Source: Azolla caroliniana
Taxonomy: Eukaryota; Plantae; Polypodiophyta
Direction: 5' to 3'
NCBI GenBank assembly: GCA_043228905.1
Contig: JBHGNT010000013.1
Coordinates: forward strand, 14,880,001 to 14,944,000
Length of the DNA stretch: 64,000 nucleotides
This document shows, one piece after another, positions 1 through 10,775 of the stretch. A program made the translations under genes and the position numbers. The notes under the pieces were generated by a model, which saw only the letters and a program-made list of their open reading frames with translations, made no database searches and had not been told where the DNA came from. The first letter of the stretch is position 1; each line of letters opens with the position of its first letter.

Positions 1-129
1 ATTCCTGCCCACTAATCCTAGAGACTTCGGCGGTTGTGTCTGAGAAGCAACGTGAGACCGGAGAGACGGGAGGTGGCGGCAAGAAAGGTAAAGTCGGAAG
101 CTGGTTCGGATGGAAGGTGATTCGGACGG

Positions 130-600
130 GATTCCGATCCGAAAGAAAGCCGAACCGGGTAAAAGAGAATTCGGCCGAAAGACGAACCGAAAGAAAGCCG
201 AACCGAAAGGAAGAGAATTCGACCGAAAGACGACACAAACGAAAGCCAACCCGAAAAGGGGTCGACTCGGTCAAAACCGATCGACTAAGTCTGACTTGGC
301 CGAACGCGAATATGGATGGAGGCCGACCTAGCCGAAAGCCGATCGGACGAGACCGATCCGGAAAGAAGCTAATCCGACTCAACCGGAGGTTGGACCGGTC
401 GAGGCTGGTGAAAACGAGGAAAAGAAAGCCAACCGAAACCGAAACCGATAGATCGAAACCGGGCCGGAAGGAGACTGACTCAAGCGAAACCGAACAACCG
501 ATTCCGATTCGGCCGAATACGAATCCGATCGGAAGCCGATCAAACCGAAAGTCGATCGGACGAGAGCGATCCGGAAAAAAGTCAAGGTTGATGAAGACAA
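130..600 (+). repeat. Degenerate tandem repeats (about 48-bp unit, ccgaaagaaagccgaaccg core) in the 3' internal region of Z
   Basis: ccgaaagaaagccgaaccg at 139 and 187; cgatcggacgag...gatccggaaa near 340 and 553. Confidence 0.65.
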
Positions 601-833
601 GAAAGAGGCCAGTAAAAGACACTACCACAAATGACAAGGGCCAAGAATATGACGAGAGAGAACAAAGAATATGGTGGATCGGATGGCGACAATGGTTCGG
701 GTGGAAAGAATGGGTCTACTCAAAATGGAGAGACAAAGTTGACATAGCGGGACAAACGGAGGATGAAGGGGAGACAACGAGCATCGGCAACTTCGGCACA
801 TACCGGAGGATGTGCGGGTTCGGAGGGGGCGAG

Positions 834-1555
834 TGTCGTAGTGTATTTCGTACACTACGTGAAAAAGTAAAAATAATATAACCGATTTAATTACATATAA
901 ATAAAAAAATAAGAATATCAAGATATTTATCACGTGCATAGGGCAAGATTCGAACCTTGTACCTCCATGTAGCCAAACCTCAACTTTACCATTATGCTAC
1001 CTTATCTTTGGTGTTCTATAAATAGATTTAATAACTATAAGTGCTTTACTTGCGCCTACCTTTATTAAAAGGTAAATCATGTATTTTTAGAGTGCGTGAA
1101 TATTTTATAGAAAAACGCAAGCAACTAAAAAGTGACTCATGCACATCTAGTGTGCATGAGCACTATATTTAGCAAATAAAAGCAAGGATTAGAAAAGCAT
1201 TACATGCACATTTAGTGTGCATGAACGTATTAGAAAAAGCATGTAGCTATGCTTAGTCTCTCCCATCACTATATAAGGATGGGGAGCACATTGTAGTTTT
1301 TGTTGATTATTTTTCTATAATGATCAATCAATCTAAAATATTCGTGGGATTCACGAATTTGCTAAAAATAATTCTCTCTTACTACCTAAATATTGACTAA
1401 ATATACTAAACTCGTGGGATTCACGAGATTCTTATCTTATAACTCTTTATACCTGTTCTTTACTAGTCTTATTTGTATTTTTCTTTCTCCTAGTCCAAAA
1501 CCTCGGCGGTTCCCACCCGACTCACGCAAACGATCCGGAGCTGAAAGGCACGACA
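834..1555 (+). repeat. 3' LTR of element Z (722 bp)
   Basis: Inverted termini TGTCGT...ACGACA; purine tract immediately upstream; TATA-like ctatataagg near 1270; right flank ccgt. Confidence 0.8.
936..1006 (-). promoter_or_regulatory. tRNA-like Pol III A-box/B-box module in the U3 of the Z LTR (antisense), followed by a T7 run
   Basis: Minus strand reads TAGCATAATGG...AGGTA-CAAGGTTCGAATCTT; G19-to-G53 distance is 34 nt; T-run at 909-903; anticodon arm does not pair. Confidence 0.6.
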
Positions 1556-2003
1556 CCGTTATGACCTCTGTGTCGATTTCTTTGATCACCTTGTCGGCTT
1601 CTTTGTGTGGCGGTACCTCCATAATCGTCAAGAAGCCCTCGAGCCCGTGTTGCTTTAGCCATTTCTTGGCGGCTTCCGACAACGTTTGCGGGTCCATGTC
1701 TGTGTCGAGGTCAGATTGTGGTGGCGAGGTTGGCTGGTAATGAGAGTGAGATTGAGAGAGAGAGAGTTCAGAAAGTGGGGGTTCTCTGTGCGTAGGTTCT
1801 CGTCTGATGATCTTCCAGCGCCTTGGTGCTTCTGTGCTCCTAGGTTCGCGAAAGTAGAGGGTCTCCACGCGCAGTGGTTTTTCTCTGTGCATTCTGGCGC
1901 CTTTTTCGAGTGTGTGCACGTCGTGTACTAAAATAGCATTATGTCCTGTGGTGGCGCTTAAATGCCCACTACGTACCTTTTCGCTCCTCGCTCTTTCGTC
2001 CAT
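1556..2003 (-). pseudogene. N-terminal remnant of an extra sense ORF downstream of pol in element A (likely start MDPQTLSEAAKKWL at 1697), cut by Z
   Basis: ORF 1437..2003 lies after the integrase stop; its last ~40 codons are read-through into the Z LTR. Confidence 0.5.
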
Positions 2004-2072
2004 ATATACCTCGCTTTTGCATGATTACATCGCTTTTATTTATTTTTTGATAAATTTTAATGTGGTGTGAGG

Positions 2073-4567
2073 TTAGTTGTCCGTTGGTCCTATCGGACCC
2101 TTACCGGCCTCATTCTCCCTTGTTACCGGCTTGCCGTCTCCTCCGTCTTGGTGGTTGCCGTTCCCCTCACAGGTTGTCGTTTCCTCACCGGTATCGGTCC
2201 TTTGCTCAAATGGGTTCTTAGGCATCGGTCCTCTATATGGCTTAAATCGGAATCCGTTGGCCCATTTGCCTAACACTTCGCCGGCAAGTGTCCCTAACTG
2301 GTAGGACCCATTATACTCACGTGTCAGCCAATACGGACCGGTCCATCTAAACCGTAGTTTTCCCGGCATCTTGCCCATCCGGGTCTGAAATACTAACACC
2401 GGTTTGCCGATTGTGAACATTTTTTCATTTCCTTTCCTGTGCCGGTCGATAAATGCTTTTTGTCGCCATTGTTCCAATTCTAAGTGCAGGATACTTGCCA
2501 GTCGTTGTTCCTCGAGTTCACACAGCGTTGTTAACCGTATTGCCTCCGACTCCTTCTCGTTCAGCCGTTCCCGTAGCTGGATCCGTAAGTTGGGTACTTG
2601 GAATTCCACCGGCATTACCGCCTCTAGTCCGAACGCTAACCAGAACGGTGTTGTTCGGATGCTCGTTTTATATGCCGTCCGGTATGCCCAAAGCGCGCTA
2701 TGTAGCTTGGTATCCCAATCCGTTCGGTTTTCGTTGACGATCTTTCAGAGGATATTCTGGAGCGTTTTGTTCGTCGATTCAGCTAACCCGTTTGCTTGCG
2801 GATAGTATGGTGTGCTCCGTTTATGGATAACGGCATAGAATGTCGTCAGGCTTTCAACTACTTGGCCAAGAAAGTGCCCCCGTTGGTCGCTTATTAATTC
2901 GATTGGGCATCCGTAACGGCACCAGATGTATTCGTATAGAAATTTTGCAATGTTGACGCAACGGTGTTGTCTCTTAAGGCTTTGGCCTCCACCCATTTCG
3001 TGCAGTAATCCGTCGCGACGATGACGTACTGATTACCTGTTCTCATTGCCGGTGGTTTGAACGGTCCAACAAAGTCTAGCCCCCACTTCTGGAATGGTTC
3101 GAGTGGTAGTACAGGCTGGTGTGGCATCTGAGCCTGCTCCGTTGGCTGGCCCATTCACTGGCATAGGTCACATTCTTTTGCGTACCGTACAACATCTCTT
3201 AATGTAGTTGGCCACCATAGGCCACTTTGCCATATTTTCCTGGCCGTTGCATCTCCGGCATAGTGACCTCCGACAACTCCGCAGTGGGCTTCTCTCAATA
3301 TGAGGTCCTTTTCATCGCTGCGCACCGCCCGTCTCCATATGCCGTCCGCGCCCTTGTGGTAAAGTGTCTCTTGCAATAAGCAGAAATGTCGGCTTTGCAC
3401 CGCCTAGGCGTTTCCTTTCGTCTCGGTTCATCTCCTCCGGAGGTAGTCCTGTGCTCAGAAACTGGTGCATGTTTGTGAGCCACTTGTCTTCCTATGCCGC
3501 CAATTCATCTGCTGCAGTTTCCGTAGTGACTCGAAACAGCTCTGCATCCGGAAACTCGTCCGCTACTCCGTCACTCGTCTCTCCGGACTCTAATCGAATT
3601 AAATAATCCGCTACGGCGTGCTGTATACCGGGTCGGTGGAATATTTCGAACTCGAATTCCTGTAATAGTAAGGTCCACCGGGCCAACTTACCGGTGAGTG
3701 ACGCCTTGGACACCAGGTAAAGGAGTGCCGAATGATCTACATGGAAGGAAAACTTCCTTCCCAATAAATAATGCCGAAACTTTGTCACGTTGTAAATCAT
3801 CCATAGAGCTTCTCGTTCCGTGGTAGAGTAGTTCCATTCTGCTTGGGATAGCTTTCGGCTAGCATAGTACACTGGCCGGTACCACTTTGGCTCCGTAAGC
3901 TGCATCAGTACGCTTCCGATTGCGATGTCAGAGACGTCCACGAACACATGAAATTCTTTACTCCAATCCGGTGGCTGCAGTACCGGTGCTTGCGACAATA
4001 GTACCTTGAGGGCCCTATACGCCCTATCCTCGGTGTCGGTCCACTGGAATGGTGTCCGATGTACGGCGGCATGCAACGGTGTAGCTAGGTCAGCCAAGTA
4101 TCGGAGCATCCGATTGTGCCACCGGATCTGTCCTAAGAACCGGCTCAATGCCTTTGCCGTTGCCGGCGCCGGTGCTTCTAATATGGCTTTCACTTTGTCT
4201 GGGTCGACTGCAATACCTTCCTGGCTCACAATATGTCCTAATAAGGTTCCACTGGACACGCCAAATACACACTTTGCCGGATTCAAGCTTAGCCGGTATG
4301 CTCTACACTTTTCTAGACAAAGACGGAGGTGCTGAAAATGGTCCTCCTCCCGGCTATAGATGGCGAAATCGTCAAGGAAAACCTGCATAAAAGCCGGGAT
4401 ATATTCACCAAAGATTTCTATGATGATTCGTTGAAATGTTGTCGGTGCCGTTTTGAGTCCGAACATCATCACCACGGCCACAAACACCCCCCATTCGGTG
4501 ACGAAAGTCGTTTTCTCTTGGTCGTCGGGGTGCATCCGGATCTGATTATACCAGATGAATCCGTCTA
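2073..4567 (-). pseudogene. pol: Element A pol: RT C-terminal part, RNase H, integrase (fragmented)
   Basis: ORFs 3492-4535, 3155-3400, 2894-3154, 2745-2996 and 2073-2615 carry FLDD, HHCC (GHYAG...CDLCQ), LDFVGP and GPY motifs. Confidence 0.9.
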
Positions 4568-4572
4568 GAAAG

Positions 4573-5225
4573 TGTTGGGATTACGGTCCCTCCGGATGGG
4601 ATGGTCAGATGTCCGGGAATCGGGAATGAAGACCCGAATGAGGAGTACCCGGTATCGGAACCGGATGATGAAGACCCGGTTTCGGATCCGGATGATGAAG
4701 ACCCCGGCTACGGAGCCGGATGACGAATGTACCCGGAGAGAGATCCGGATGCGGGGACATATTTGTGAATATGTTTGCCAAGGGCCCTCGAGGCTATATT
4801 TGTAAATAGCCCAAAAGTCATATGTGTATAAATATGACTTAGGGCAAACAGTTTTGTTGTTGTTGTTCATTTTTCTGTTTTCCACTTAGAGGGAGCGAAG
4901 TGAGAGCAACCGAGAGAGGGAGCGAAGTGAGAGCAGCCGAGAGAGAGAGAGAGAAAGGAAGAGGTCGACGTCTCTGTGTAATACCGCCGCCTGTGGCGAG
5001 GACAGCGAGCTCAAGGTCGTCGCCTTGCAGCTCGCCATTGTACATTCCCTGCGTATAGTGATAGTTGGAGTCTTGCACTCCCGTGGTTTTTCCTGTCTAG
5101 GGTTTTCCACGCTAAACCCTGTGCATTCGAGTCTCTCTCTGTGTTTTCGATTTACTGCTGCATTGATTCGTGTTTCCCCGGTTGTGGCCGAGAGGTGAAG
5201 GTTTTGAAAGCGTCAATTTCTAACA
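4573..5225 (+). repeat. D1 5' LTR (653 bp)
   Basis: Near-identical to 10138-10775 apart from a 27-bp duplication, GA-run length and a few transitions. Confidence 0.95.
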
Positions 5226-5256
5226 ATCTGGTATCAGAGCGACTGCAGTGCAGAAA

Positions 5257-8200
5257 ATGGAAGGCGGCAGCAGCGGGCAGCCGGGGATGATGGTGTTGAA
5301 TGCGCAGAACAACGCCGACTGGAAGATAAAGATGGAGGATCTGTTCATTGTTCGGGACCTGTATGAACCGATCGACAGGTCGGAAATACCCAAGGGGGTA
5401 CTTGAGACGGAATGGAGGCTTCTGAACCGGAAAGCCGTTGCAACCATTCGGCAATACGTCGACGTGAGCGTTCTACAACATGTGGCGAACGACACCAACG
5501 CATATGAGATGTGGCAGAAGCTGTCGGGCCTCTACGAGAGGAAGAATGTGTTGAACCGGACCTCCCTGATGAGGAAGATAGTGAACCTCAAGTACCGGGA
5601 CGGCGAGAGTATGGTGGAACACGTAAGCACGTTCATGGGATTCGTGAACCAGCTTGCGGCGATCAAGTTCCCGTTGGAGGATGCAATGCAAGCCATCATG
5701 TTGATGTGTACATTGCCGGAAAGCTGGGAGAACTTGGTGGTGACTCTCAGCACCTCCTGCACCGAAGATAACTTGTCCCTACAAACGGTAAAGACAAGCA
5801 TTTTGAACGAAGAAGCGCGTCGGAGAGATAAAGAACTGGCCTCCGATCCGAAGATGTTGCTTACCGAATCGGATCGGGGAAGACAATGGAACCGGAGTCC
5901 GCAAAGACGGGAGAAGTCGAGGACCCGGTCGCAGTCAAGAGGAAGGCCCACATGCTTCCACTGTGGGAAGCCGGGGCACTTCCGAAAGAATTGACGGCAT
6001 TACCGAAAAGACAACGGAGCCGACGACACCGATTCGAAGAAGTCTTCGGAACGGAACGGTGCTTACCGGGGGGCCACGGACCGGAATGGTTCGGATCGGC
6101 GAGGGCAGGACCGGAAAGGAACGACGGCACTCGCGGCAAGTGAAGAGGAGATCATGCTCATCACCGAAGAAGGTGAACTAAACATTGCCGGCGATGAGAC
6201 TACCTGGGTGGTCGATTCCGGAGCGTCGTTCCACCTGACCCCGGAAAGAAGATACTTCTCATCCTACACAGCCGGTGAGCATGGCTGTGTTCGGATGGGA
6301 AATGAAGGTACGTGCCGGATTGCCGGCATAGGAGACGTGTGGTTGACAACCTCGACCGGATGCAAAATGTTGCTGAAGGATGTCCGACACGTTCCGGAGG
6401 TTCGATTGAACCTGATTTCGGCCGGGAGGCTAGACGATGAAGGCTACACAGGTAGCATCCGGAACTGCGTAATGAAGTTCAGCAAGGGGAGCCTCATAGT
6501 GGCTCGGGCCCGGAAAGTCAACACACTGTACCTTATGAATGCCTGGTTGTGTCCGGAGGAGTTGAACGTGGCAGCCGACACTGCCGGTGAGCTGTGGCAC
6601 AAGAGACTGTGCCACATGAGTGAGAAGGGGATGAAGAGGCTTGCAGAAGACAACCTTATTCCAGTGAAGCATGTGCACCTGGAGAAGTGCACCGATTGCC
6701 TGGCCGGTAAGCAGAACCGAACCTCCTTCCACTCAAGGCCACCAACGAGACGTAGCGCACCATTGGAGTTGGTGCACACTGACGTGTGTCAAGTAGAAAC
6801 GAAGTCACATGGCGGAGCCCAGTACTTCGTGACATTCATTGATGACCACAGCCGGAAGCTGTGGACGGCACCGTTGAAGACAAAGAACCAAGTGTTGTGC
6901 GTCTTCAAAGAACTCCACGCGAGAGTGGAAAGGGAATCCGGCAAGAAGCTGAAAGTGATACGAGCGGATAACGGAGGGGAATACCGGGGGCAGTTCGAGG
7001 AGTACTGTCGCTTGAAGGGAATCCGGCTCGAGTTTATTGTGCCGAAGACGCCGAAACTGAACGGGTTGGCCGAGAGGATGAACCGGACCATAATGGAGAG
7101 GGTCCAGAGTATGCTGGCGCATGCGAAATTACCCAAGGGGTTTTGGGCTGAGGCAATGTCGACGGCGACATACGTGATAAACAGATCACCCTAAGTACCT
7201 TTGGACGGAGACACGCCGCAGAGAGTGTGGACCGGTAGAGAAGTATCCTACCGGCATCTGAAGGTGTTCGGGTGTCTCGCATATGTGCATGTGGCAAAGG
7301 ACCGGAGAGGAAAGCTAGATCCAAAGACCCGGCCATGCATATTCCTCGGTTACGGCGATGACGAGTTCGGCTACCGAGTATGGGACCCGGTCGACAAGAA
7401 GATATTCCGGAGTCGTGATATCATCTTCATGGAGGACAAGACACTAGCCGACTGGGAGTCGGAGAAGAAGATGAAGAGCTCCAAGTCGACCGGTGAGGAT
7501 CAACTCTACGAGGAGCAGTCCCGACCGGCAAGGTACCGGTTAGCACTCGAGGATCCGGCCGAAGACGGTGAAGAAACAGAACCGGCCGAGGAAGATGAAA
7601 CTGATACCGGAACCGGCCCCGATCCCGAAATGGATTCGGATGAAGAGGAAACGGAGGAGCCGGTTACCGAAGCTCCGGAACGGAGATATCCTCTAAGAGA
7701 GAGAAGGGCCCCCCGGAGATTTCCGGAACCAGAGCACGTTGTCGAGATATTACACAAGTGCGTGTGGAAACGAGGCGGGACCGCGGGGGTCTCGAACCAA
7801 AGAGCAAGCGAGGGAGGAGAAAGAGAGAGAACCGGCTACGCAGGACCGGGGATACACAGGGACACGGCCCTTCAGCACGGAGAACGCGAACAGACACCGA
7901 CACAGACAGATGCGAATGACTAGATATGTATATTAAGAAAAATGGCTAACACGACTACAACCCTCGATGGGGCACAGGTTGGTTACAACCGAACAGGCCG
8001 GCGAACAGATGCCGATGCCTGTTCGCTTCGACGCACAAAGGGGTAGCAGGTCGGAGGTGCTGCCCGAAGCACTCGGGCGTTCCTCAAAACAGCGCGAGCC
8101 TCCTCGGAACCCTGCACAGAAAAGCTATGGAGCTCAAGAAGGAAGGAAACAGAGAGAGAAGCGTCCAGAAACGGTCCGACAGCACTTCGTCCTCTCTGCG

Positions 8201-10127
8201 CGAGATCCCTGCAACAGCTCTTTCCTGCTCCTTATATAGGCCGACGAGCAGGCCGTCATGTCAGCTTTATTCCCTGTCCCTTTTGGACAGGGATCCGCCC
8301 CGTTCTTCATGCATCCGCGTAGTTACGCCACTGACTCGTACAGTTCCTTAGCTCGCGCGCGCGACCGAAAAGACTGTTCGCGCGGTCTTTGTCTCCACTT
8401 GTGTTAGGGCCCGTTCCTGCCGATTATCCTCCTAATTCGCTTCTATGTACAACTTGGAGCGTGCGCGCGTGAAGAACCGGTTCCCACGCCATGGTGCGCC
8501 GATTCCGCTTATGGACGGTTTTCTTCACGACAACGTGCTGCTAATCGACGAGGGGGAGCCGGAGAGTTTTGAAGAAGCAAAGCTTGACACCCATAGCCGC
8601 AGGTGGTTAAGTGCCATGTAGGAGGAGATGGATTCCCTGCATGAGAACCACACATATGAACTTGTGGAGTTGCCGAAAGGAAAGCGGGCACTTCGAAACA
8701 AGTGGGTGTTCAAGCTGAAACCGGGAGATGCCAGAAACCCCCCGAGATACAAAGCCAGGATCGTGGTGAAGGGGTTCCAGCAGAAGAAGGGCGTCGACTT
8801 CGACGAGATATTTGCCCCGGTAGTGAAGATGACCTCCATCTGGACGGTGCTGAGCATAGCGGCAAGCATGGACCTCGAGGTAGAACAGATGGACGTGAAG
8901 ACGGCATTCCTTCACGGTGACCTCGAAGAAGAGATCTACATGCAGCAACCGGAAGGATTCGAGAAGAAAGGGAAGGAGCACCTGGTATGCCGGTTGAAGA
9001 AGAGCCTTTACGGACTGAAGCAGGCTCCCCGGCAATGGTACCAGAAGTTCGACTCTTTCATGACCGACGAAGGGTACCACAAAACGCAGTCCGATCACTG
9101 CGTGTTTGTGAAGAAGTTCGAAGGAGGAGACTTTCTAATACTCCTCCTGTACGTGGACGACATGTTGATCGTCGGACGGGACCAAGTCAAGATACGGATG
9201 CTGAAGAAAGCGCTTCACCGAACCTTCTCAATGAAGGACCTGGGTCCGGCGAGGCAAATACTAGGGATGCACATCATCCGGGACCGGAAGAAGAAGCAGT
9301 TGTGGCTGTCACAGGAGAAGTACGTGACAAAGGTGCTTCACTGGTTCAACATGTCGGAAGCAAGACCGGTCGGGTCAACCCTCCCGGCAAACTGCAAGTT
9401 GTCCAGCAAGCAAAGCCCCAAGACAAAGGCTGAGAAGGAGGACATGATGAAAGTACCATATGCCTCTGTCGTCAGAAGCTTGATGTACGCAATGGTGTGT
9501 ACAAGACCGGACATAGGATATGCAGTCGGAGTGGTGAGCCGGTACATGAGCAATCCCGGCAAAGAGCACTGGAACGCGGCCAAGTGGATACTCCGATACC
9601 TGAAGGGCACGGCAAACGTGTGCCTCCGATTCGGCTCCGGTAAGCCCGAACTCGACGGCTTTACTGATTCGGATATGTCGGCTGATGCAGATACCAGCCG
9701 GTCCACATCAGGGTATGTGATGACGTATGCAGGGGGAGCTGTTTCGTGGCAGTCGAGGCTGCAGAAGACGGTTGCGTTGTCAACCACGGAGGCGGAGTAC
9801 ATGGCGGCTGTTGAAGCCGGCAAGGAAATAATATGGATGAAGGACTTCATTAGAGAGCTCGGTATCCGGCAAGAGGAGTACCGACTCTACTGCGACAATC
9901 AGAGTGCCATCCACCTTGCGAAGAACGCGGCCTATCACTCCCGGACGAAGCACATCCAGCGAAGATATCACTGGATCCGGGAAAGGATAGAAGACTAGGA
10001 GTTCGTGCTAACGAAGATCCACACGGACGAGAACGGGTCAGATATGCTGACCAAAGTGCTCACACCAGACAAGCTGGAAGCGTGCCGGAAGAGGGTCGGA
10101 CTGGAAAGACATTCCATGCCGAAGTGA
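5257..10127 (+). pseudogene. gag-pol: D1 gag-pol (gag, CCHC, PR VDSGAS, IN, RT YVDD, RH) with nonsense mutations and a solo-LTR insertion
   Basis: Single reading frame broken by stops at about 5992, 7192, 8619 and 9996 and by the insertion at 7740-8532. Confidence 0.93.
7740..8532 (-). mobile_element. Solo LTR of family B inserted in D1
   Basis: tgtcga...cacgaca termini; 4-bp TSD ACGT; similar to the reverse complement of 39381-40024; removal restores EHVLLIDEGEP. Confidence 0.92.
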
Positions 10128-10137
10128 AGGGGGAGTT

Positions 10138-10475
10138 TGTTGGGATTACGGTCCCTCCGGATGGGATGGTCAGATGTCCGGGAATCGGGAATGAAGACCC
10201 GAATGAGGAGTACCCGGTATCGGAACCGGATGATGAAGACCCGGTTTCGGATCCGGATGATGAAGACCCCGGCTACGGAGCCGGATGACGAATGTACCCG
10301 GAGAGAGATCCGGATGCGGGGACATATTTGTGAATATGTTTGCCAAGGGCCCTCGAGGCTATATTTGTAAATAGCCCAAAAGTCATATGTGTATAAATAT
10401 GACTTAGGGCAAACAGTTTTGTTGTTGTTGCTCATTTTTCTGTTTTCCACTTAGAGGGAGCGAAGTGAGAGCAGC

Positions 10476-10510
<35 letters not shown>

Positions 10511-10775
10511 GAGGTCGACGTCTCTGTGTAATACCGCCGCCTGTGGCGAGGACAGCGAGCTCAAGGTCGTCGCCTTGCAGCTCGCCATTGTACATTCCCT
10601 GCGTATAGTGATAGTTGGAGTCTTGCACTCCCGTGGTTTTTCCCGTCTAGGGTTTTCCACGCTAAACCCTGTGCATTCGAGTCTCTCTCTGTGTTTTCGA
10701 TTTACTGCTGCATTGATTCGTGTTTCCCCGGTTGTGGCCGAGAGGTGAAGGTTTTGAAAGCGTCAATTTCTAACA
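10138..10775 (+). repeat. D1 3' LTR (638 bp)
   Basis: Copy of the 5' LTR, preceded by a PPT and followed by the TSD. Confidence 0.95.

Larger units (their letters stand above)
1..1555 (+). mobile_element. 3' end of a Ty3/gypsy LTR retrotransposon ('Z', related to family B); 5' part lies outside the window; inserted into element A
   Basis: Pre-LTR motif ccggaggatgtgcgggttcggagggggcgag resembles family B's ccggaggatgcgcggttaggtgggggcgga (PPT). It is followed by an LTR with tgtcgt...acgaca termini, and the minus-strand ORF of element A is cut at 1556. Confidence 0.75.
4573..10775 (+). mobile_element. Full-length Ty1/copia element D1 (Tnt1/Tork-like) inserted in the RT of element A
   Basis: LTRs 4573-5225 and 10138-10775; TSD GAAAG on both sides; PBS TGGTATCAGAGC (tRNA-iMet) at 5229; PPT aagggggag before the 3' LTR. 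Confidence 0.97.

Noticed and set aside
36-881. 281-aa Arg/Lys-rich ORF
   Set aside because: Arises from purine-skewed repeats, runs into the LTR, and shows no recognisable domain.
936-1006. Possible true tRNA genes (also 29677-29747 and 55409-55602)
   Set aside because: Anticodon and acceptor stems do not pair; kept only as promoter-like modules.
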